Shown here: piece by piece, positions 54,001-64,000 of the stretch
Layout of the letters: every line of letters begins with the position of its first letter
How positions within the stretch are numbered: position 1 is the first letter of the stretch
From: Lama guanicoe
Lineage: Eukaryota
NCBI GenBank assembly: GCA_013239625.1
Contig: MU056737.1
Span: 265,846 to 329,845, forward strand
DNA length: 64,000 bases
Reading direction: 5' to 3'
Translations under genes and position numbers: made by a program
Notes under the pieces: model-generated
What the model was told of the DNA's origin: nothing
The model's input: only the letters and a program-made list of their open reading frames with translations
Database searches by the model: none

Positions 54001-57000
54001 CTGGCCCAGACCTGTGCGCCTTTGCAGCGCAGGCATCACCCTTTCCAGCACAAAGCACCTCTTACCTTCCCCCTCGGGACACGCTCACCTTCCTTCCTCC
54101 TGCTACACCTCTGCCTCACGTCTCTTCCCGCTGCTCCCGAGACAGAGTCCTGTTGTGGCCAATGCTTCTGTTTTCATACCACTTCCTCCGTAATTCACAG
54201 TCAAGAAACCATCTCCCGTTACCCTCAGTTCAGAAGCATTTTCCTGTTTCTCCCACCCTCATTTTTCACAGACTGCTCTTTCCTTGTAACCCTAGTCTGT
54301 TAGTCCCGGCAGTCCCCACCCTCTGCTTCTAACACAGACTGTTCGTTTCATCGCTGGAAGATGGTTCCTTTACTTGCTGCGATGGGACGGGAGGGAAGAC
54401 ACCCTCCACGACTGCGGTGGTGTCTCTTCCTACTGCTACTTAACTCAACTCGTGAGGGTCACTCGTCCATCACATCAAGTTCATCTTGTTGCCCCGTCGC
54501 TCTCCCAATTAGTGTCTCTAAGCTAGGACTTTCTCCCAGCATGATCATATCACCAATGAAGAGCCCCACCCGCTTCTCTGTTACTCCCAATCCAGACCTC
54601 TTTTGTCCTTACCATTGCCACTGCAGCCACAGGCACCACCACCTTCACAGATGGCTCTGTTCTTTCTGCTGGTTCAGATGCGGGGTTTCCTCTCTCCCAC
54701 CCCAGCCCGGGGGCATTTCCGGCTCCCTCTGGGTAAAAGTTCTCTCCCAACAAACTCTCCTTCTCATCATTTCTATGTAAGCTTCTCTCTGTGTGTACAT
54801 CTACTACACTGCTTCTCTCATTGCTATTTCCTAATTCCCAATCCATTTTAGTTCCTTCTTTCCCTGTTATTTCTGAGGCAAAATCCTTGCCTATAGCTTC
54901 CCATTGTAACATTACTCTCAGTGAAGCGTACTTTGTTGATAATATTATATTCCTCCTTCTTTCCAGTTAAAATATTTCCCCCTCATTATTCCAACTGCTG
55001 CCTGTCTCCCGTTATTGCCAGCATAGAACACCCATCACTCTGAGTATAGGAACCAACCATCTACAGTCCACCTCTCTGTATTTACATATGCCACTGCAGA
55101 GCGCCTCCTGTCTCCCAAGTGTCACCTTCCCTGTGCTACAAGGCATCTCCACACCCCACTCCCATCTTCTCAATAAAATTTTCCTCCTGTCATTTCTGAG
55201 ATCTTCCTCTCTCTTTCAACCAGGGTTCTTAACCCTTTTTGTGCCATGAGCTCTTTGGCAGCCTGATAAAGCCTATGAAGTCCTGCTTAGAATAATGCTC
55301 TTACGTGTGTAACATAAAACATACAGGATTACATTTCAAGCCAGTGGTGTACAATAGTTATCAAATACTTTAAGTGAATTGAGATATAATTATTTATGCT
55401 TCTTTACTGATTCATTAATCAACAAGGTCTCACCAAAGATTGTAAATGTCTATGAAAATATCTGTGAATTCTATTGGTGACAAAAATCCCAGACACTGCC
55501 AAAACTGCTATGGTTTCTGGCCAACCTTTGTAATTAAAGGAAATGCCTAATTTTAGTTAGAAGTTAGTAGAAATAAAGATGTAATTTTCTTCCATCCATA
55601 ATTAACAGATCCACTCATAAGAGGCCTGTGGAGTCCATGTTAACAGCTCGACATTAAACACTGAGGCTAGAAAAATAACCTTTTGTTCTATGAAATTGAA
55701 AGGAACAATAAAAATGATCTGAACTAAAACTTTTATGTTACAGGTGGGGAAACTGAAGCCTAAGGAGGTTGTAAGACTTTGAATCTCCTGCAGTGTCCAA
55801 CAATACTAAGCCCATAACAGACACACAATAAATGTTCCCTGAATTGAAGAGGCTTGCCGAAACCGTCCAGCTAGTGAGCGACAAAGTTGAGACCTGAAAC
55901 CGTCATGTGGCACGACTTTTAAACAAGTGATCCTTCGATCACAGCAAGTTAGTGCAACGTTGGCCTTTCTGTAAATGTCTAGGGAGCAAACACACCCCCT
56001 GTATGCTTTTCCTCAAAATTTCCAGGAAGATATACTCTCCATCACCCCCAAGAAAAATCTCCCTCCTGTTTCCAGCAACCAAAGTCTCTGATCTGTGCTA
56101 CATTATCATTTCCTGTTTTTCTCTCGTGAGTAAGTGTATCCTGACAGTCACAGTGGACACCTACCTGGAAATTAACGGATGGCCATCTAAGATGCTCTCT
56201 CGCCACAGCCAGGTGCTTGGCTTACAGCAATCACCACCCAAACATTAAGCTCTTAGGACATTTCCCTTGTCTCCTTGCATGATTTCCGTTCTTATTGCCA
56301 ATCTCTAATCAGAAGTTAGCAAATCTTTTTCTGTTTAGTTTTTTAAAAAAACGTCCACTGCCACCTCCCAGGTTTGCCCCATCCCATACTCTTTTCTATA
56401 CCACCTCAACTACAAATGTCCTTTTCTTCACCATGCTCAAAACTGGCATCATCCTTCGTATCAGTCTCTCATGGCATTCTTATCGCCGGTCCAACAGTTA
56501 CAGATAGAGTATCTGCCACCCCTCACCTCTTAACTGTGTTTTCAGGCAATCCAACCCTTTTATCCCAGAACGAATCATTCTCAAGACACCTCCACTTTAA
56601 AGTTTTCTTCTGCATTTCCCCAGACGGACAGCTCTTTTCACCACTCGCCCAGCGCACAGCATCCTCTTCACCCGTCCTCTCTGTGATGTGTACTTGCACC
56701 TCATCTTCAAGTCGGCTTCAAAAACCCCAGTCAGAGCTCACACACACCTTCACACACAACAAGATCATCCCTGCCCACCTCATTCAAGGCAGAATTCTCT
56801 TTTCTCCTACCTTTGAGGGCTTACTGCTCTCCTCCTTCTGTATTCCTAGTACACTGAGGACTTCACTATCCGCCCGTTTCAAAGCTCCCTGTCCCCCATA
56901 TGTTCACATGACTGGTCTTACAACTCTCGAGATTTGTTATGTTGAATATGGTGAGGCTACTGACCACCTGAAACATGGATAGTCTGAATTGACATGTTGT

Positions 57001-60000
57001 GAAAATAAACACTGGATTTCAAAGACTTAGCATGAAAAGAAGATATAAAACATCTCTTTTTTTGTGTATGATTAATGCTGAAATAATATTTTGGACATGT
57101 TGGGATAAAATATATTATTAAAATTAATTTCACCCATTTCTTTTTACTTTTTGAATGTGGCTAATAAAATTATTTAAATTTAAATTACATAAATGGCTTG
57201 CTATACAGCATGACTCTGGGCAGCTCTGTTGATTTGTACTTTTAAACCTTTCCTACTGATTAAAAATTCTTTTCGGTCATTCCTACTAAGACACGTCCCC
57301 CAAATATCCCATTGCCCCCACACTCCAAACCTACAATTACTTTCAACGTACCATTCTCAGTCCTTTTCTACTCCACTACTTCTGTACACACTATTTCTTT
57401 TGGCCTGCTAATACAGCTTCTACCCCTGCCATCAAATCATAACAAAGTTCTGTTTTCTTCATCAGTTTTAGTGGGGTGGTCTCTGTCTCAACCCTCAGCA
57501 AAATTTTTAGAAATAGTCTTTTAAACTCCCAACAAAAAGAACTTCACTCATCATTCTCCAAATTGGCCTGTCTTCACTATAGTTTCATTAAAAGGGCTAG
57601 TAATTGCAGAACACTAGACAAATGCGAATTAGTCATTTCAGACCAATGTCACCCATTCGCACTAGGACCACAGTTTCTCCTCAGTCATTTTAAAAATAGA
57701 TTTCCTTCTTCAAACTCTTCGGCCGTGTGATTCGAGCAGAGCACTGTGGTACTTTACACTAAATACTCCAATGCAAGTCCCAGAATGGAGCATTTGCTTT
57801 CCCCTCATCTTCAGCACGGGCCATGTGTCATTGCTCCCCAAGCTGATTTTATGTCTAACCTTTCTGGAATTGCCTTTTTGTTTTTTCTCAACTATTTTAG
57901 GGAAAACTCAAGACTGGGAAGGTGAACGTGAGTGGCGAGGCAGGGAGGAGTTGGGAGAGTCCACACTGAGACGGGTAGGAAGCCGCAGTCACGGATAAGC
58001 CCTCCCACGCATCATCCCCTTAGAATGTGCCTTCTGAAACCTCTCCTTACTGCTCTGCCCCCAGACCCCACTATAAACCCTTCATGTGTATCTCTTCCCA
58101 ATAAGAGTGATTACCTTCACTGCAGCACCTCTCAGATTCTTCCTCTGTAAGGCCTCCTTCTCATCATCTTTAGCAAAGAAACGCTTTGTCTTTACTCCAA
58201 GAACAGCGTCTCTCTTTTTTGCTCCCAATATTTTCCTCAGGTGATGAAGATCTTTCTTTCCTCATTCTACGTAAATTCCAGTTTCCCATCACTCCCAGGA
58301 ATGAAAAACCCTTTTAGAAAATTACTCCTAGTGTTGAAACTTTTCCTTGTTTCCTACTAGTGTATTTATTTAGCTCCTTCTCAATCATCTCAAGACAGAA
58401 CTCTTTCACATGCACGCACTTCTGGTCTGGAAATATTGTTTCCTTTTCAGGTAGCCAGTGCTGGAAACCCCTTGTACATCTCTCTTCCAATACATGGCCC
58501 CTCTCCTTTCTCGTGTCCTCTCTTGGAGAATCGGGGTGTACAGCTCATTTGTTTGTCCTCTCCTCTGTTCTGTTCCTCAGTATTTCTCTTCTGTCCTTTT
58601 CCTCTGCTCTTTTTCTCTCTCAATGTCCAATTTTCCAGCCAGATAGTCTATCTGCTTCAGAAAAGAGTCCCCATTGTACAAATGGGTCAAAATAAAAACC
58701 GAGGGGAACCTGGGAGAGTAGGACAAGTTGCTTGCTCTCCCTTGGTCCGGGGATACTCCTCCCCAGACCCCCTCCACTGGGGGTAACTTCCTGTCTCCTC
58801 CCTCTCAGCTCATCTCCTCCTCAGGTGTCTGGTTCTTCCTCCAGCTCTGACTGCCTCCAAAGCCATCCCTCTGACGACCTGCCTGGCTCTCTTTCCTGCC
58901 TTAGGACTATCCTATTCCTGAATCCCACCGATCCTTTCCTCTTCCCATCACCCTGCCGGCTGCTCCTCATTTACTCCACTCCCAGCCCTTTCATCTTGTG
59001 GACATTCCCTCCCACCTTCCAGCTGCTGCTCTATCATTTCCTTCTGACCTTCCTTAGGGGACGCTGCTCAGACTTCAGTCACTGGATCCTGGTCCAACCA
59101 GGTGACATAAACAACAGCTGAATAACCAAAGCCAAAATGCCCAGGGCTAAAGGGGTAAAGAAGATGAAGACAGACTCTATAGCAGCCCTCAGGGTCTGGA
59201 AGAGTTATGAGCCCTTTGGACAGTTCCAAGGAAGGGCCCAGAAACCTATCATCAAGAATTGCCCTCTCCTGGTAAAGGACAAAAGGGCTCTTGGAACTCC
59301 TTGTCTCCACTAGAGTTAGCTCCCAGGCCTCCTGAGGTCATTTCCACCTGCTAAACTGAATGTGATGAATGGTTAAGCAGAGGCAGACATCCTGATGCTA
59401 AAGAACTTGAAGTTTCAGGAACACCACACTTGCATGCAGCCCCTGATTTCTTAAACAGGGCCCACCCACCAACTTGTTTAAGCCTTGGATCTCAGCATAC
59501 CTGAGTCTGCTTCTGGACAGCAAAAGCTTTCCTAGCTTCTAGGTGTTAAGGATCAGTAGGAAGGCAGGAAGGCTCCAAGCAGATTGAGTCCAAACAGGGT
59601 TCAGTTGAATACACCTCGCCTCTCCTGAGAGGGAATCCTCCTATGGTGGATCCAGTGTTTCTGAATTACCTCTTAGCTGAATCTCACTGGTTCCAGAATC
59701 TTTGCTGGATTCTGGACTCCAGGCCTCTGGGCCACATCCAACTCATTCCAGCCTTTAGCCTCTCTCTCTGCCTCCCAGTCAACCCTGTAGGCTCCCTGCT
59801 AGATAACGTCCCTTTAGGACCCCAACTTCGTTCTTCAAGGCTTGGCTCTAAATCTGCCAATTCAGAAGTGACCTCTGTAACTAAGATGAAGATAGGTCAT
59901 ACAAATGGCCAGCATCACTGCAATACCGTCCCTTTGCCCCTGTGTTTCCAGAGCCCATATGGGGTCAATACAACTGCCTCCTTGGAAGCCCTTAGTAAGT

Positions 60001-60951
60001 TGACAGCTGCCCGATATATCCTCACCCAGGGGTCTTGCTGGTGTCCCCAAGAATCCCATATTCCCAGCTTCTCTATTCCCAACAGAGGAGAAAAATGAAG
60101 GGATTCTGAAAAGGAGACGGGGAGCCAAGGCTCAAGGGCTAGCACGCGGGAGGAAAGGCACTGATCTGGAAGGGAGTGCTGGGAAGTCTTCGGCGAGGCT
60201 TCAGACACTCTGGAGACAGACCAGGGCGTCTGGTTCTTGAATCTAGAGAAGTGCTGTGTTTGGAACGGAACTGGAGGTGGTTCCGCAGAACCAGCCATCT
60301 GGGGGTCTGGGACTCCAGGGCTCCGGGCAGGTGCCGAGATTCTGAGCAAGCTGCTGTCTGGGGTCTCCAGGTGAACGAGCCTCCCGCCCGGCGCCCTGAT
60401 CGGCCCCAGCACTTACCCGGCAGACTTGGGAAAGTCTCTGAGAAGTGCGCAGGCGGGGGCGGTGGCGGCTCTGCCACTTTCTCCCGGGCGGGCAGCAGCT
60501 CTTCGGCTTCCAGCCCGCCCTCCGAGCGTCGGCCGCCCGGCTCGGGGTTGTTCCGGGCGGCAGTGGCAGCGGCGGCGGCAGCGGCAGCGAGCTCCGGGGG
60601 CCCGTAGAAGGCGTCGGGCGGCTCCGCGAAGCTGGGCAGCGCGGTGGTCAGCGCCACCATCGAGGGCACGGCCTGGCCCAGCCCCGCGCAGAAAGTGTTG
60701 GTGAGGCGGCCGGCGAAGGAGGCTAGCGGGGCGAGGGGCGGGAGGCCGGCGGGCAGGGGTGCGGGGGCCAGCGCCTGCGGCAGCACGAGCGGCCGGTAGG
60801 GCATGAACATGGGGTAGCCAGTATAGAGCAAGTGGCCAGAGCGCGGCGGCGGCGGCCCGATCAGGGAGTCGATGGAGAAGGCAGTGCCCGGGCCGCCGCC
60901 GCTGCCCGCGCCGCTGCCCCCGGGGGCGCCCCCGCCTCCGGCTCTCTGCAT
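44521..60951 (-). CDS. GBX1: GBX1, gastrulation brain homeobox 1 (2 exons, 363 aa)
   Basis: Exon 1 (60951-60417, 535 nt) plus exon 2 (45077-44521, 557 nt) = 1092 nt; eh1 [26 protein letters not shown] homeodomain, C-terminal [22 protein letters not shown]. Confidence 0.97.
46060..46525 (+). mobile_element. L1 fragment (ORF2 end and 3' end, internally deleted)
   Basis: cctacattgttggtgggaatgtaatttggtgcagccactatggaaaacag...tatagtatacagcacagggaactatattcaa...taaaaaaa. Confidence 0.85.
47650..48335 (+). mobile_element. L2 LINE 3' portion
   Basis: ctcagttaacggtaactccatcc...tattagaatataagcatc...gcacagagtaggcgctcaatacatatttgttgactaaatgaa. Confidence 0.7.
50632..50723 (+). mobile_element. Camelid-type tRNA-derived SINE, short form, with TSD
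   Basis: GGGATAGCTCAGTGGTAGAGAGCGTGCTTAGCGTGCACAAGGTCCTGGGTTCAATCTCCAG plus A tail; TSD aaaaaatgac at 50621-50630 and 50718-50727. Confidence 0.85.
52150..52525 (+). mobile_element. Old ERVL/MaLR LTR relic containing a (CA)n tract
   Basis: ...aataaatgtccattttagcttaa...ctgtcactggcaacccagagcgttctgact, a typical LTR 3' end; (CA)12 at 52242-52265. Confidence 0.55.
55221..55650. mobile_element. hAT-Charlie (MER-type) DNA transposon relic
   Basis: cagggttcttaaccctttttgtgccatg...ggcagcctgataaagcctatg...agaataatg; decayed opposite end near 55640. Confidence 0.6.
56945..57205. mobile_element. MER33/MER3-like hAT relic
   Basis: cactggatttcaaagacttag...attattaaaattaatttcacccatttctttttactttttgaatgtggcta. 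Confidence 0.65.
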
Positions 60952-61800
60952 GGTGCCTGGAGCTGCGGCCGCCCCAGGGCGCTCCCCTCCGGGCGCCGCC
61001 GTGCGCCCCGCGGCTCGGGCGCCCCGCGCGGACACGCGGGGCTCGCTCCCTGGCTCCAGGGCCGAGTTGGCGGCGGGGCGCGGGCTCGGCGCAGTGTGGC
61101 TCCGGCGCCGCGCTCCCTCTCTCTCATAAGGAGGGAGGGGGCGGGCGATTCACTTCCTCCCTCCGCCCGCAGCCGCCGCGCCCGGCTCCCGCTCCCTCCG
61201 CAGAGCCCGTTCCCAGCGGCCCGGCCGGCCGGCCCGGGACCCCCGCCCGCCCCCCGCAGCCCAACCAACTATTATTAATGGAGATTGATGAGGCCGGACA
61301 CGCCGCTTTGTGAAAGTTTGCGGCCGACGAGAAGGCAGTTGCAGCTGCCGGGCCGGTGCCCCTCCCTCCACCAAGCCCGTCTCCTACTCTGCCCACCCAG
61401 CTCCGGGCTTGGACTGGGAGGTGGGCCCCGGCGTGGACCGAGTGCGGGGCGGCCGCGAGGACAGCGCAGCGAGGGGCACGGGCGCGGGTGGACGGCGGGG
61501 CCCGACCGCAGAGCCCCTGCCCCGGGCCGCTACCCTCCATCGGACTCCCGGCGAGTCCCCCAGAGTGCCTCCCTGCCCCTGACGTCCCCTCCCCGGCCCC
61601 TGGGGCAGACGACGTGGCCGCCCAGGGCGCAAGCCCCCCGCGCCGCGGGCGGGACAGGACCTTTGCGCCCCCTCGGGCGGCGAGGCGGAGACGGCAGGGG
61701 GCGCGCTCCGCCACCGGGCGCCGCGGCTCAGGGTCTTGGGGCCGTTTTCCTCCTCGGCAGACTCCATTCACACTCTCTCCGGTCTCGGCACTCGCTCTTC
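60380..61800. promoter_or_regulatory. GBX1 promoter / exon 1 CpG island
   Basis: CpG-dense, GC boxes, short AT-rich TAAT block at 61261-61295. Confidence 0.9.
60417..60951 (-). CDS. GBX1: GBX1 exon 1 (MQRAGGGG...FSIDSLIG...ETFPSLP)
   Basis: GGCACCATGC start context; CCGG|GTAAGT donor, phase 1; polyalanine tract. Confidence 0.96.
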
Positions 61801-64000
61801 CCCTTGTTCCTCACTCCCTCCTCCGTCGCGGACTGCCTTAGTTCCTTGCCCTGACCTCTTGTGGGTCATTTCCACGAGGGCCCACACTATGCCAAGCACT
61901 TACCATTCCTTTCACCTTTCTCCCTCCGTCTTCCTCCCATCCTTTACATTCTGTTCCTTCTTCCCACTGTTCCCTTTCCTGCCCTGCTTCTATCCCTATT
62001 CCTATTTGATTGTTCCTATTTCTCATTCCCTATCCCAGTCTGCCTTATTGTTTTTTTCCCCTCTTTTCTCGCCTATATCTGTACCTCTTGTCTGTCTGTC
62101 TATCTCTGTCTCCCTCCCTCGCTCTCTCTCCCTCTCTTCCGCTATTAATTTCCCTGATTGGCTCCCCGACTCCAGCGCAGCTGATGAGCCCTATTCATTC
62201 CCGGGCCTGACACTCTCGACCTGCCCTGGCTGATTGCTGGGGGCTGGCCCCAGGAGCGCTGATGAGCCCCAAGGGTCAGCGGCGCTAATTATCCGCTAAT
62301 TGCGGGTGACTCTGCTCACCTCCCCCGTTCTCAGACACAGAAATAGTGGCTCTTTTTACCCTCCCCCTCCTTCTGATTCCCAGAAGTAGAGTTGTCAATC
62401 TACAGGCAAAAGTCACGGACACTTTTGCTTGATAGTAGCCTCAGGTCAGTGGACAAGAAAGACTCAAGACAGGCAAGTCAACAGAAGAGTGACCGGAGCT
62501 TCAGGACATAGAGCAAGACTGGCCAGCTAAATGAGGGTCATCTGGTCACTGGGAAACTATTATTCGGGTGGGGCCAGGGAGAACCAAGTGAGTTGAAATC
62601 AATAGTAGCAAAGCCAGGCAAATTGAGGAAGATGCAGTCTGATTAGCGGAAGTTATTTGGTTCAGGTGAGGAGGAAAACCTACACCAGAGTTTCAGCATG
62701 CCAAGCCACGTTAGAGCCATGCAGGGGGACTCTGGATCTCAGTGACCTTTGCTCATATCAGGCACATTGTGTTGGCCTAGTGAACACCACTAATATCAGA
62801 CTGATATGTTAAAAAATCAGCACCCTGAAAGAGATGGTCACCAGAATGGGACAGAAGAGGGTAGGACCCAAGAAGGGAGCTTTCTTTGGTTATTCTTGAT
62901 TGACAATGCATCGGAGAGGTGAAGATAAAAGAGTGTGGCTTCCATGCAGTCCTAGTTTATCTTGGGCTCTGCATTAAATTCAGCGAAGCTTCTGAGAGAC
63001 GAGTCTGGTGGGAAGATGTCATCATGGAGAAAGAAGAGGTGCCTTCACTTAGGTCAGGGAACACAAGTTTTCAGTACTAAAGCACTAGGGTAATCTTTGT
63101 CCATCCTTCTAAAGGCATTCTTCAGGACGCTTTGTAAAATTAACCAAGCACTTCATGGTACCAACAGGGAAGACCAGACTTCAAAAGTGTATTGTACTTA
63201 AGAAGTGGGAGGTCAGTCCTTGGTGTGATGGCTTTACAGTGTTAGGCCCATAATAGAGGCTTATTGGCTTGAAAAATTACTGAGGGAACTTTGGGCTCCA
63301 ATTACTGAAATTAAAGCTGTATGAGCAGTAACCACACCAATCAAATAAGGCATGAAGGAAGAGCCATTTTTAAAGTGACTGCACTCATTTTATTTTGCAT
63401 ACGTAATAAAATCACCTAGTACCAAATTTCAAAAGCTCAACAGGATATATATTGAAATCTATCCCTCCCACTACTCCCCCCACCCAAGTAAAAGGCCACT
63501 TTAATAAACCTGTCACTGGTGAGATAGAATGGATCATGCATTGTCAAGAACTCAAGGTTAAAGACCCTCTGACCTTGAAGATGTATGTCACCTAGTCCAG
63601 ACCAAGAGTTTATTGCCCAGATCTATACTCAGTAACATGGAATTCTCTGCTCAAGCTGGCATAGAGGATATAGACTTAAAACTTGTTGCCAACAAGTCCC
63701 AGTGGGCCATCAACTCTGAAATGAGGCAAGTGAGACCTCAGGGATTTTGTAGTGCCCTAGTGTGGTATGTGTTTGTTAGATACTGTATTTTATAATCCAT
63801 TTTAATCCTTAGTCTGTTCCCTTGCCGTGCTGGGGTTATGAAGTGTGGCTTCCACATAGTCTTTGACATTCAGTAGTTAAACTAGGATAAAAAGTCTCAC
63901 ATAGTGGCAACTGAAGCAGCCCGTTTCCTTTCCCTGCCCTTTCATGGATCGTGGAACTGAGGCTGCATGGTGATGGAAAAGAGCATTGGCTGGAGTAAAA

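Overview
Mammalian genomic DNA, very probably a camelid (alpaca/llama/camel), judged from two tRNA-derived SINEs of the camelid type and cetartiodactyl-type L1 3' ends. There are two convergent genes. AGAP3 (centaurin-gamma-3/CRAG) is on the + strand: a CpG-island alternative first coding exon (ATG 12177) plus 17 downstream exons to the stop at 40823. All visible junctions are GT-AG and phase-consistent; the CDS totals 3177 nt, about 1058 aa, encoding GTPase-like, split PH, ArfGAP zinc-finger and ankyrin domains. The canonical AGAP3 exon 1 presumably lies upstream of the window. GBX1 (homeobox) is on the - strand, with two exons (60951-60417 and 45077-44521, 363 aa) around a 15.3-kb repeat-rich intron. 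The rest is intronic or intergenic DNA with L1, L2, MIR, MaLR/ERV LTR and hAT relics, a perfect 373-bp tandem duplication and eight N-gaps, one of which covers most of AGAP3 exon 8. I see no unknown protein-coding gene; the hundreds of other ORFs are GC-rich shadows. The best leads are regulatory or isoform-level: (1) a strong-Kozak uORF ending 2 nt before the AGAP3 alternative start; (2) an AT-rich patch after exon 13 giving two routes to the same GAP-less stop, a poly(A) signal and a possible 3-nt microexon; (3) an in-frame internal first exon that would give a GTPase-less isoform; (4) a possible intron-8 terminal exon ending in -CCCC; (5) a dense TAATTA cluster in AGAP3 intron 11, a candidate GBX1 enhancer by analogy with the AGAP1-GBX2 paralogous block. 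Repeat family names and human/mouse comparisons are from memory and unverified.
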